A DNA stretch of 64,000 nt from Eledone cirrhosa (taxonomy: Eukaryota): positions 25,792,001 to 25,856,000 of the forward strand of contig OZ024746.1 of the NCBI GenBank assembly GCA_964016885.1, read 5' to 3'. How positions within the stretch are numbered: position 1 is the first letter of the stretch; the number at the start of each line of letters is the position of its first letter. Of this stretch, positions 12,215 to 24,094 are shown in pieces. Both the position numbers and the translations under genes were made by a program. The notes beneath the pieces were generated by a model that saw nothing but the letters and a program-made list of their open reading frames with translations, was not told where the DNA came from and searched no databases.

Positions 12215-12540
12215 GCATGGAAGAAGTTTGTTTCACAACCACACATTTTCAGGTTTATTCACACTGGTATCTTGGGCAGGTGTCTTCTACTATAGCTTTG
12301 GGTTAACCAATGACTTGTGAGTAAGATTTGGCAGACAGAAACTGTGTAGAAATCCATCATTGTGCGTGTGTGTTTTTGTGTTTGTATCCTGTAGCTTAGC
12401 AGTTTGACAAATAGAAATCACCAAAATAAGTACCAGACTTGAAAAATAAGTAGTGGGGTTGGTATGACTGACTAAAATCCCTTTAAGGCTGTGTGCCCCA
12501 ACATAGCCACAGTCAAATGACTAGAACAAGTAAAAGAATA
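12215..12540 (+). mobile_element. Family-B SINE followed by a SINE 3' tail (..agtcaaatgactagaacaagtaaaagaata)
   Basis: cttgggcaggtgtcttctactatagc..gacagaaactg body; tail also seen at 48150-48280 and reversed in the 32820 array. Confidence 0.65.
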
Positions 12541-12944
12541 TTCTGAAATTCTTAATTAAGTCTTAGTTCTATTATTAACCAGCCTGTCCATCATGGTAGC
12601 TGATGTCAAGCTAAGCTATTATTACTTTCAGAGAGAAGATGTTTTAAAACTATCTCCTTTCTACTCTCATATTTCTCTGTAAATCTCAGGGAGGTTTTGT
12701 TGCTTTCATCAGGAACTTCCAGAGTATTAACTGTAAAGAATTTACATTCTAGCTCCAAGTCTTTGCTTCCTACCCCAACCATCTTTCCCCAGTTTTAAAT
12801 ACAGGTTGGAATATATTTAGAATGTTGCTTTCTCTCTCTCTCTCTATATATATATATTAAGTTTATTTATAGGTTATGAATTGCAAAGCTCGTTAGAACA
12901 TAGAATTAGATATCTTAGAATCTGTTCCAGCTCACTGCTCTCTG

Positions 12945-14037
12945 AGTTCAAATCCCACTGAGGTCAACTTTGCTTTTTAGTGTTCAAAACCCACTGAGGT
13001 TCAAATCCCACTAAGGTCAACTTTGCTTTTTAGTGTTCAAAACCCACTGAGGTTCAAATTCCACTGAGGTCAACTTTGCTTTTTAGTGTTCAAAACCCAC
13101 TGAGGTTCAAATTCCACTGAGGTCAACTTTGCTTTTTAGTGTTCAAAACCCACTGAGGTTCAAATTCCACTGAGGTCAACTTTGCTTTTTAGTGTTCAAA
13201 ACCCACTGAGGTTCAAATTCCACTGAGGTCAACTTTGCTTTTTAGTGTTCAAAACCCACTGAGGTTCAAATCCCACTAAGGTCAACTTTGCTTTTTAGTG
13301 TTCAAAACCCACTGAGGTTCAAATTTCACTGAGGTCAACTTTGCTTTTTAGTGTTCAAAATCCACTGAGGTTCAAATCCCACTAAGGTCAACTTTGCTTT
13401 TTAGTGTTCAAAACCCACTGAGGTTCAAATTCCACTGAGGTCAACTTTGCTTTTTAGTGTTCAAAACCCACTGAGGTTCAAATTCCACTGAGGTCAACTT
13501 TGCTTTTTAGTGTTCAAAACCCACTGAGGTTCAAATCCCACTGAGGTCAACTTTGCTTTTTAGTGTTCAAAACCCACTGAGGTTCAAATTCCACTGAGGT
13601 CAACTTTGCTTTTTAGTGTTCAAAACCCACTGAGGTTCAAATCCCACTAAGGTCAACTTTGCTTTTTAGTGTTCAAAACTCACTGAGGTTCAAATTCCAC
13701 TGAGGTCAACTTTGCTTTTTAGTGTTCAAAACCCACTGAGGTTCAAATTCCACTGAGGTCAACTTTGCTTTTTAGTGTTCAAAACCCACTGAGGTTCAAA
13801 TCCCACTAAGGTCAACTTTGCTTTTTAGTGTTCAAAACCCACTGAGGTTCAAATTCCACTGAGGTCAACTTTGCTTTTTAGTGTTCAAAACCCACTGAGG
13901 TTCAAATTCCACTAAGGTCAACTTTGCTTTTTAGTGTTCAAAACCCACTGAGGTTCAAATCCCACTAAGGTCAACTTTGCTTTTTAGTGTTCAAAACCCA
14001 CTGAGGTTCAAATTCCACTGAGGTCAACTTCGCTTTT
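12945..14037 (+). repeat. 53-bp tandem array (about 20 copies) amplified from the B-box region of a family-A SINE
   Basis: Unit gttcaaaacccactgaggttcaaattccactgaggtcaactttgctttttagt; SINE head precedes it (12878-12945) and SINE body resumes at 14035-14072. Confidence 0.95.
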
Positions 14038-14652
14038 CATTTTTCCAGTGTTGATGAAATAAAGTGCCAGTCTAGTGGTTATAGGAACAGTTTAATGTAA
14101 GTTTGGTATCAAAAGGTTTAATGTAAATTAAGTGTTGTCATCCCTTGAGAATTAATCAGTTAAGGTGTTTAGTGAAAGGCTCTCTGATTCAGAATAATTA
14201 ATCCTGGGAAGATTTATACAAAATGTTTCCAATCATCCCGTTTTGCAGTAAAACAAGAACAATGGATATAAAACTATTTGCAGGAAAAGAAAATGAATTT
14301 CCATAAATAAAAGTGGAATTACTATTTTACCATTTCTATTGAAATTAAGAGATTTTTGTTGAAATAAAACATAAAACTCACCAACAGTTCTTGATTAAAT
14401 TGAATATATACGAAGGTATGTTTAATTCTTGTGGTTATTTCTGTTGATGTTATTATTGTGGTTGTTGCTACTGTTTTTGTTGTTATTGTTGATGCTGTTG
14501 TTTTTGTTTTTGTTTTTGTTGTTGTTGTTGTTGTTATTGCTGCTGCTACTGCTGTCCCCCCCCCCACTCCTATCCATCATAGGACCACCAGCAACAGAAA
14601 TAGTCATTCAAAAGGAGACGCATTAATATTATTTTTATTATTATTATTATTA

Positions 14653-14977
14653 TTTTGTTGAAAGATGGGTGAGAGAAGCAAGAATGGCCCAAGTGAATGG
14701 GCCTACTCTGAGTATGTGTCTGTAAATTAAAGGTGGAAAACTGGGAGAGGGCACTTGCCCTGGTGGTCAGGGTCACTGTGGCCTTTTAATGGGCTTTCTC
14801 CACAAATGTCCCTCGGAAGTCTCCCACTCTATTGGGGAATTTTTCATTGTTATTTTTTGTTACATCCTCTGTTTTTGTTTTTTTACACGCAGAAATGCCC
14901 ATTTGTACCCTCCTGTATTGTCCTGTACTGTCCTTAATGTCTACTTTATGTAAACCCTTGTGGTTAATAAAGAAAGC
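14653..14977 (+). mobile_element. Tx1/L1-like LINE 3' fragment next to (TTA)n
   Basis: FVERWVREARMAQVNGPTLSMCL* is homologous to the C-terminus of the ORF at 26557-27984; ends cccttgtggttaataaagaaagc-attatt. Confidence 0.8.
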
Positions 14978-15099
14978 ATTATTTCTTAAGATGATAAAAA
15001 TAATTAAAATATAACAGATAATTAAAATATATAACAAAGTTATTTTGACTGAAACCTTGTATCAAAACATTTATCAAATCTTGAATAAACCTGTGGCTA

Positions 15100-18000
15100 C
15101 ATGTGGTGTGTGTGTGTGTCTGTGAAAGTGGTGTGTGTGTGGGTGTGTCTGCATGTGATTGTGTTTGTGTGTGTGTGTGTGTCTAGGTATGTAAGTGTGT
15201 CTATGTATGAGAGTGGTGTGTGTATGATGGGTATGTTTAGTGTGTGTGTGAGTCTGATATGTGTATTTGGTGTGCGTATGGTGTGTGTGTGTGTGCATGT
15301 GTAGTGTGTGTGTATCTGTGTCTGTGAGTAGCGTGTGTGTGTGTGATTTATGCATTTGGTGTGTGAGCGTTTGTGGTATGTGGTCTGTGTGTCTGGGTGT
15401 TTGTGTGTCAGTTGTGTGTGTTGTGTGGTGGTGGTGTTCTGTGTCTGTGTGTCAGTTGTGTGTGTTGTGTGGTGGTGGTGTCTGTGTCTGTGTGTCTGTC
15501 GTGTGTGTTGTGTGGTGGTGGTGTGTGTGTCTGGGTGTTTGTGTGTCAGTTGTGTGTGTTGTGTGGTGGTGGTGTTCTGTGTCTGTGTGTCTGTCGTGTG
15601 TGTTGTGTGGTGGTGGTGTGTGTGTCTGGGTGTTTGTGTGTCAGTTGTGTGTGTTGTGTGGTGGTGGTGTTCTGTGTCTGTGTGTCAGTTGTGTGTGTTG
15701 TGTGGTGGTGGTGTCTGTGCCTGTGTGTCTGTCGTGTGTGTTGTGTGGTGGTGGTGTGTGTGTCTGTGTGTCAGTTGTGTGTGTTGTGTGGTGGTGGTGT
15801 CTGTGCCTGTGTGTCTGTCGTGTGTGTTGTGTGGTGGTGGTGTGTGTGTCTGTGTGTCAGTTGTGTGTGTTGTGTGGTGGTGGTGTCTGTGTGTCTGTGT
15901 GTCTGTCGTGTGTGTTGTGTGGTGGTGGTGTGTGTGTCTGTGTGTCTGTGTGTCTGTTGTGTGTGTTGTGTGGTGGTGGTGTGTGTGTCTGTGTGTCTGT
16001 GTGTCTGTGTGTATGTTGTGTGGTGGTGGTGTGTGTGTCTGTGTCAGTTGTGTGTGTTGTGTGGTGGTGGTGTGTGTGTCTGTGTGTCTGTTGTGTGTGT
16101 TGTGTGGTGGTGGTGTGTGTGTCTGTGTGTCTGTCGTGTGTGTTGTGTGGTGGTGGTGTGTGTGTCTGTGTGTCAGTTGTGTGTGTTGTGTGGTGGTGGT
16201 GTGTGTGTCTGTGTGTCTGTTGTGTGTGTTGTGTGGTGGTGGTGGTGTGTGTGTCTGTGTCTGTGTGTGTTGTGTGGTGGTGGTGTGTGTGTCTGTGTCT
16301 GTGTCAGTTGTGTGTGTTGTGTGGTGGTGGTGTGTGTGTCTGTGTGTCTGTTGTGTGTGTTGTGTGGTGGTGGTGTGTGTGTCTGTGTGTCAGTTGTGTG
16401 TGTTGTGTGGTGGTGGTGTGTGTGTCTGTGTGTCTGTGTGTATTGTGTGGTGGTGGTGTGTGTGTCTGTGTCTGTGTGTCAGTTGTGTGTGTTGTGTGGT
16501 GGTGGTGTGTGTGTCTGTGTGTCTGTGTGTCTGTCGTGTGTGTTGTGTGGTGGTGGTGTGTGTGTCAGTGTGCCTGTGTGTCTGTTGTGTGGTGGTGGTG
16601 TGTGTGTCTGTGTGTCTGTGTGTCTGTCGTGTGTGTTGTGTGGTGGTGGTGTGTGTGTCTGTGTGTTTGTGTGTCTGTCGTGTGTGTTGTGTGGTGGTGG
16701 TGTGTGTGTCAGTGTGCCTGTGTGTCTGTTGTGTGTGTTGTGTGATGGTGGTGTGTGTGTCAGTGTGCCTGTGTGTCTGTTGTGTGGTGGTGGTGTGTGT
16801 GTCTGTGTGTCTGTGTGTCTGTCGTGTGTGTTGTGTGGTGGTGGTGTGTGTGTCTGTGTGTCTGTGTGTCTGTCGTGTGTGTTGTGTGGTGGTGGTGTGT
16901 GTGTCTGTGTGTCTGTGTGTCTGTCGTGTGTGTTGTGTGGTGGTGGTGTGTGTGTCAGTGTGCCTGTGTGTCTGTTGTGTGTGTTGTGTGATGGTGGTGT
17001 GTGTGTCAGTGTGCCTGTGTGTCTGTTGTGTGGTGGTGGTGTGTGTGTCTGTGTGTCTGTGTGTCTGTCGTGTGTGTTGTGTGGTGGTGGTGTGTGTGTC
17101 AGTGTGCCTGTGTGTCTGTTGTGTGTGTTGTGTGATGGTGGTGTGTGTGTCAGTGTGCCTGTGTGTCTGTTGTGTGTGTTGTGTGATGGTGGTGTGTGTG
17201 TCTGTGTGTCTGTGTGTCTGTCGTGTGTGTTGTGTGGTGGTGGTGTGTGTGTCAGTGTGTCTGTGTGTCTGTTGTGTGTGTTGTGTGGTGGTGGTGTGTG
17301 TGTCAGTGTGCCTGTGTGTCTGTTGTGTGTGTTGTGTGATGGTGGTGTGTGTGTCTGTGTGTCTGTGTGTCTGTCGTGTGTGTTGTGTGGTGGTGGTGTG
17401 TGTGTCAGTGTGTCTGTGTGTCTGTTGTGTGTGTTGTGTGGTGGTGGTGTGTGTGTCAGTGTGCCTGTGTGTCTGTTGTGTGGTGGTGGTGTGTGTGCCT
17501 GTGTGTCTGTTGTGTGTGTTGTGTGGTGGTGGTGTGTGTGTCTGTGTGTCTGTCGTGTGTGTTGTGTGGTGGTGGTGTGTGTGTCTGTGTGTCTGTCGTG
17601 TGTGTTGTGTGGTGGTGGTGTGTGTGTCAGTGTGCCTGTGTGTCTGTTGTGTGTGTTGTGTGGTGGTGTGTGTGTCTGTGTGTCTGTGTGTCTGTCGTGT
17701 GTGTTGTGTGGTGGTGGTGTGTGTGTCTGTGTGTCTGTGTGTCTGTCGTGTGTATTGTGTGGTGGTGGTGTGTGTGTCTGTGTGTCTGTGTGTCAGTTGT
17801 GTGTGTTGTGTGGTGGTGGTGTGTGTGTCTGTGTGTCAGTTGTGTGTGTTGTGTGGTGGTGGTGTGTGTGCCTGTGTGTCTGTTGTGTGTGTTGTGTGGT
17901 GGTGGTGTGTGTGTCTGTGTGTCTGTCGTGTGTGTTGTGTGGTGGTGGTGTGTGTGTCTGTGTGTCTGTCGTGTGTGTTGTGTGGTGGTGGTGTGTGTGT

Positions 18001-20830
18001 CAGTGTGCCTGTGTGTCTGTTGTGTGTGTTGTGTGGTGGTGGTGTGTGTGCCTGTGTGTCTGTCGTGTGTGTTGTGTGGTGGTGGTGTGTGTGTCTGTGT
18101 GTCTGTCGTGTGTGTTGTGTGGTGGTGGTGTGTGTGTCAGTGTGCCTGTGTGTCTGTTGTGTGTGTTGTGTGGTGGTGGTGTGTGTGTCTGTGTGTCTGT
18201 TGTGTGTGTTGTGTGGTGGTGGTGTGTGTGTGTCAGTGTGTCTGTGTGTCTGTTGTGTGTGTTGTGTGGTGGTGGTGTGTGTGCCTGTGTGTCTGTTGTG
18301 TGTGTTGTGTGGTGGTGGTGTGTGTGTCTGTGTGTCTGTGTGTCTGTCGTGTGTGTTGTGTGGTGGTGGTGTGTGTGTCTGTGTGTCTGTGTGTCTGTCG
18401 TGTGTGTTGTGTGGTGGTGGTGTGTGTGTCTGTGTGTCTGTGTGTCTGTCGTGTGTGTTGTGTGGTGGTGGTGTGTGTGTCAGTGTGCCTGTGTGTCTGT
18501 TGTGTGTGTTGTGTGATGGTGGTGTGTGTGTCAGTGTGCCTGTGTGTCTGTTGTGTGGTGGTGGTGTGTGTGTCTGTGTGTCTGTGTGTCTGTCGTGTGT
18601 GTTGTGTGGTGGTGGTGTGTGTGTCTGTGTGTCTGTGTGTCTGTCGTGTGTGTTGTGTGGTGGTGGTGTGTGTGTCTGTGTGTCTGTGTGTCTGTCGTGT
18701 GTGTTGTGTGGTGGTGGTGTGTGTGTCTGTGTGTCTGTGTGTCTGTCGTGTGTGTTGTGTGGTGGTGGTGTGTGTGTCAGTGTGCCTGTGTGTCTGTTGT
18801 GTGTGTTGTGTGGTGGTGGTGTGTGTGTCTGTGTGTCTGTTGTGTGTGTTGTGTGGTGGTGTGTGTGTCTGTGTGTCTGTGTGTCTGTCGTGTGTGTTGT
18901 GTGGTGGTGGTGTGTGTGTCTGTGTGTCTGTGTGTCTGTCGTGTGTATTGTGTGGTGGTGGTGTGTGTGTCTGTGTGTCTGTGTGTCAGTTGTGTGTGTT
19001 GTGTGGTGGTGGTGTGTGTGTCTGTGTGTCAGTTGTGTGTGTTGTGTGGTGGTGGTGTGTGTGCCTGTGTGTCTGTTGTGTGTGTTGTGTGGTGGTGGTG
19101 TGTGTGTCTGTGTGTCTGTCGTGTGTGTTGTGTGGTGGTGGTGTGTGTGTCTGTGTGTCTGTCGTGTGTGTTGTGTGGTGGTGGTGTGTGTGTCAGTGTG
19201 CCTGTGTGTCTGTTGTGTGTGTTGTGTGGTGGTGGTGTGTGTGCCTGTGTGTCTGTCGTGTGTGTTGTGTGGTGGTGGTGTGTGTGTCTGTGTGTCTGTC
19301 GTGTGTGTTGTGTGGTGGTGGTGTGTGTGTCAGTGTGCCTGTGTGTCTGTTGTGTGTGTTGTGTGGTGGTGGTGTGTGTGTCTGTGTGTCTGTTGTGTGT
19401 GTTGTGTGGTGGTGGTGTGTGTGTGTCAGTGTGTCTGTGTGTCTGTTGTGTGTGTTGTGTGGTGGTGGTGTGTGTGCCTGTGTGTCTGTTGTGTGTGTTG
19501 TGTGGTGGTGGTGTGTGTGTCTGTGTGTCTGTCGTGTGTGTTGTGTGGTGGTGTGTGTGTCTGTGTGTCTGTGTGTCTGTCGTGTGTGTTGTGTGGTGGT
19601 GGTGTGTGTGTCTGTGTGTCTGTCGTGTGTGTTGTGTGGTGGTGGTGTGTGTGTCTGTGTGTCTGTCGTGTGTGTTGTGTGGTGGTGTGTGTGTCTGTGT
19701 GTCTGTTGTGTGTGTTGTGTGGTGGTGTGTGTGTCTGTGTGTCTGTGTGTCTGTCGTGTGTGTTGTGTGGTGGTGGTGTGTGTGTCTGTGTGTCTGTGTG
19801 TCTGTCGTGTGTGTTGTGTGGTGGTGGTGTGTGTGTCAGTGTGCCTGTGTGTCTGTTGTGTGTGTTGTGTGGTGGTGGTGTGTGTGTCTGTGTGTCTGTT
19901 GTGTGTGTGTTGTGTGGTGGTGTGTGTGTCTGTGTGTCTGTGTGTCTGTCGTGTGTGTTGTGTGGTGGTGGTGTGTGTGTCAGTGTGCCTGTGTGTCTGT
20001 TGTGTGTGTTGTGTGGTGGTGGTGTGTGTGTCTGTGTGTCTGTTGTGTGTGTTGTGTGGTGGTGGTGTGTGTGTCTGTGTGCCTGTGTGTCTGTGTGTCT
20101 GTGTGTGTGTTGTGTGGTGGTGGTGTGTGTTGTGTGGTGGTGGTGTGTGTGCCTGTGTGTCTGTGTGTCTGTGTGTGTGTTGTGTGGTGGTGGTAGTTGT
20201 GTGTGTGGATGGTGTGTAGTGCATGTGTGTCAAGTGTGCATTGTGTGTGTGTGCTGTCTGTGTGGACTTGCATGGGAAGTATGTGTGTGTGTGTGGTCAC
20301 TATGTATGTGTATGTATTAGTGGTGTGCGTGTGGTATATATGTGTGTGTGGTCACTATGTATGTGTATGTATTAGTGGTGTGCATGTGGTATATGTGTGT
20401 GTGGTCACTATGTATGTGTATGTATTTATGGTGTGTGTGTGTGGTGTATATATATGTATATGTGCATGTATATGTATATGTGGGTATTTATGGTGTACAT
20501 ATGCATGCAGTGTTTATATGTGTGTATGAGTACATGTATATATGTGTGTATGTATGTGTATGCATATATATTTGTGTGAGCGTATGTGTGTAAATTTGTG
20601 TGTGGTGTTTGTGTGTGTATGTGTGCATCTATATATTTGTGTATATATCTATATGTGTGAGCATGTATCTCTGTGTACGTGCATGTATCTCTATATGTGT
20701 GTAGATGTATGCATTTGTGTATGTATCTATATGTGTGTGAACGTGTGTGTGTGTGTGTACATGTAAACGTGTGTATAGTATATGTGTGAGTATGTGTGTG
20801 TATGTGTGAGTATGTTTGTGATTGTTTATT
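15100..20830. repeat. GT-rich compound satellite (core 15380-20200, unit about 42-50 bp)
   Basis: Unit gtgtgtgttgtgtggtggtggtgtgtgtgtctgtgtgtctgtc with 8-bp indel variants; flanked by degenerate (GT)n. Confidence 0.95.
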
Positions 20831-20879
20831 AAAGAAACAATTAGATTTTTTCAATCATTTTGTTAATGCTTTGCATCTT

Positions 20880-21445
20880 ATAATCATCATCATCATCATC
20901 ATCATCATCCTGTCGTTGTTGTTGTTGTTGTTGTTGTAACTGTTGCTGTAGCTGTTGTAATTATTGTTGTTGTTGTAGTTTTGTGGCTGTTGTTGTTGTG
21001 GTGGTCGTGGTGGTGGCTGTTGTTGTAGCTGTTATTGTTGTAGCTGTTGTAGTTGTTGTAGTTATTGTTGTAGTTATGGTGGCTGTTGTTGTAGTTGTAG
21101 TTGTTGTAGCTGTTGTTGTTAGTTAAACATTATTTTAGTTGTCACAGTCTTTTATTGTTTCTCTCCTTATTCTCTAGTTTGAAAAATGTTAACCTCCCAC
21201 CTCCATCACACTTGTCTCTGATTCACCACCACAACCACAACCACCAACACCACCACCAACAACACCCCCATCATTACCTCCACCACCACCACCACCACCA
21301 CCACCACCATCATCACCATCTTCATCACCACCACCACCGCAATCACCACCACCACCACCACCACCACCACCACCACCACCACCACCACCAACACCACCTT
21401 CGCCACCACCACAATCACCATCATCACCACCTTCATCACCATTAA
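20880..21445. repeat. (CAT)n, (GTT)n and (CAC)n microsatellites
   Basis: Read directly from the sequence. Confidence 0.9.
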
Positions 21446-21556
21446 TAATTGAATCCTTTACATTTGGTTTATTTGGTTAATTCCCCCACCTTATCCCCCA
21501 CCATTTTACTGTAAAATGAAACAAAAAGACAAACAGACAGACAGATAAACAGACAT

Positions 21557-21588
<32 letters not shown>

Positions 21589-22227
21589 GCAAACAGACAG
21601 ACAAACATGTCAGGAGATAAAAGCTATTTTATTAGAAATTTCTTATTTTAACAGTTAATCCCCTAATATTGAATTGAGAAGAAAATCAATTGCACTGAAG
21701 CCATTTATTACCTTCTGTTTGTAATCAATCAGTTACAGGTATAATCAATCAGCTACAGGTGTATCCCCTTGTCAATGGTTAAATTATATTAACATAGCTG
21801 GCAGTGCTCTAGCATAGCCTCAGCCTTTCAGCTGATACACATAATAGAGTAAATGATGACTGGAGAGAAATGGAGTGAGCATGCTACATGTTACCTGCAT
21901 GAGATGTGCAGTGTTGCATGACAGTGAGAGATGACTGGTGATGCTTAATAAGCTATAGCTTAGGGCCACACAATCTCAGGCGCATCATAAACAAATATAT
22001 TTTTTATTATATCATTAGTTTCTATTCTTTTACACTAAATCATCAATGACTCATACTTACCTGTGTGTGTGTGTGTATGTGTATGTATGTGTGTATGTAT
22101 ACTCGATAACGAGGGGGCAGCCATCATGTATGTAAGTATGTGTGTATGTATGTGTGTGTGTGTGTGTGTGTATGTATGTGTGTGTATATGTATGTGTGTG
22201 TGTATGTATGTATGCATGTATGTATGT

Positions 22228-22833
22228 CAGGTCACCAGTTGGTGCTACTGGTAACATGTATCCCAGTACAACCTGTCTCATGGTCGGGTCATTGGCGACT
22301 AAACTGGCAACCCCACCAAGGTTTCTTGGTGAGGAGGGTGACTTTGGACATCCTGCAGGACTAAAAACAAAACCTGTCAAAGGGCAAAGGAGCTCTTTAG
22401 AGTCAATGGCCATCCAAAATCACCGGGAGAGATCACCCCTTAGCCTTTGTCAAGGCAGAATTCTAGGAGAAGGAAAACTCTGATATAACACCTGCAACCC
22501 TGATGGTATCCAATGATGTTGACTTGTTCTTCTTTTTGGTAAATATCATCTTGGTTAAGAGAGTGGGACTGGCTTTGTGCAGTGCCTTTGCTCACTATAA
22601 AAGCTTCACGGCACAGGCATTGCTTTATATCTGGAGATCTCTCTGCACTTGTCGTCACATGGTACCATGGGCCCAGCACTATGTGTCAATAGTTGTCACA
22701 AGTGTAGTGTTTGTACCAGAGTTTTCAAGTCGCTGGCTGGACTAAAAAGTCACACTCGTTCAGCGCATCGGTAGGAGTTCTCCTACATGGATATAAAGTA
22801 GTGGCCGTACTCGAAAACGAGTTGGCAGCCACC
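22228..22833 (+). mobile_element. Internally deleted (bipartite) RTE/BovB-like non-autonomous element in (TGTA)n
   Basis: RTE 5'-UTR motif ctaggagaaggaaaactctgat at about 22463; C-terminal C2H2 finger CSVCTRVFKSLAGLKSHTRSAHR* at 22703-22774; 3' hairpin ctcg-aaaa-cgag, then (TGTA)n. Confidence 0.75.
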
Positions 22834-22882
22834 ATGTATGCATGTATGTATGTGTGTATGTATATGTATGTATGCATATATG

Positions 22883-23160
22883 TATTTATTTATTTATTCA
22901 GTTTAAACGTTCATATAGAGCTAGTAAGCCATGGCAGACCAAGGGAAGTATTGCGTATTCCTTACAGTTGGTAATCGAAAAAGTTAGTGAGACAAGTAAT
23001 AAAAAAAAAATGAAATAAAAATAAGATTTCAAATATTGAAGGCCAATGGGAGACGGATTATGCATAAGAAACCGAAAAAGAAAAGAGGAAACAAGGGAAG
23101 CTGTACAACATCTAGAAGTTTCTCTTATTGAATCTTTTAGTAGCTTCCATATTCTCAAAG
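22883..23160 (-). mobile_element. CR1/L2-like LINE 3' end with (AAAT)n tail
   Basis: Minus translation LRIWKLLKDSIRETS..SFLFRFL resembles the WNxLPxxI motif; followed by UTR and gaataaataaataaata. Confidence 0.5.
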
Positions 23161-24094
23161 ATTTTGTTTATATTTGGTAGACCTGTAATCATATATTGAA
23201 TTTCCAATCTAGGTAGTTTTTACATTGTATGTGTATGTGTAATGTTGTCTTTGCCATTTATTTAAATTGTTTTTAAGACAATTCAATCCAGTTCCTAGCC
23301 ATTCTTGGAAGAAAGATTCACGACCACCAAAATATGAGATAATAAGGGAGACTATGGATGGTTGATTCACCTGCTAGAAACAGCAGCTGGATCCCTCTTG
23401 AATCATATTGTACCAGCTTAAAACACAAAGGACATGTTTTAGATATACTCTCATTAAAAAAAAAAACCATGCCACCACCACCTCCAACAACAACAACAGC
23501 AACAACAGCAACAACAACATCGCTACTAACAACAACTATAATATCACTACCATCACAACACCACCACCCCCAACACCACAACAAAACCACCCCCAACATC
23601 ACCACCATCACCACTCTCTCCACTACCACCAATGCCAGGAATTTATTGGCAAGAATGAGAAAACATTGAAATATATACTGTATAAATAATGTATTTATAT
23701 TTATATACACAAACTTTCACTATCTCTCTATCCCTTTGTCTGTCTGTTTGTCTGTCTGTCTGTCATGTGTGAGCATGTGTGTGTGTGTCTGTATGCATAC
23801 GAGTGTGTGCATGTGTGTGTGTCTTATGTTTGCCAGTCTCTCTCTGGAAAAAGGTTGATGATACATAAATGTGTAGTCAAGTAAAGAGTTTTAGGTTTTA
23901 GTCAATCCCACTGTGTGGCACCTGGATGCATGTGTCTTCCACTAAAGCATCTGGTTAACCAATTATTTTATGAGTGGAATTTAGTAGACATAAACTGTAA
24001 ATAAGTGTAAACATGTAAGATGTAAGACCACTATATAGCATTCCTATTCAACATCATGTAATAATTTAGCAGAAAATGTTTAAAAATTGGTTTG

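Noticed and set aside
12945-14037. CRISPR array or tRNA gene cluster
   Set aside because: No spacers; only B-box/T-arm-like fragments, no cloverleaf.
15261-20320. Cys/Val-rich ORFs of up to 1656 aa
   Set aside because: The GT satellite almost lacks A on the + strand, so stops rarely form; open in all frames.
22052-22063. Strong minus-strand splice donor CAG|gtaagt
   Set aside because: The upstream sequence is microsatellite or retroelement with no convincing acceptor or exon.
22703-22774. Host C2H2 zinc-finger gene exon
   Set aside because: Single finger ending at a stop just before an RTE-type 3' end; fits an RTE C-terminal finger.
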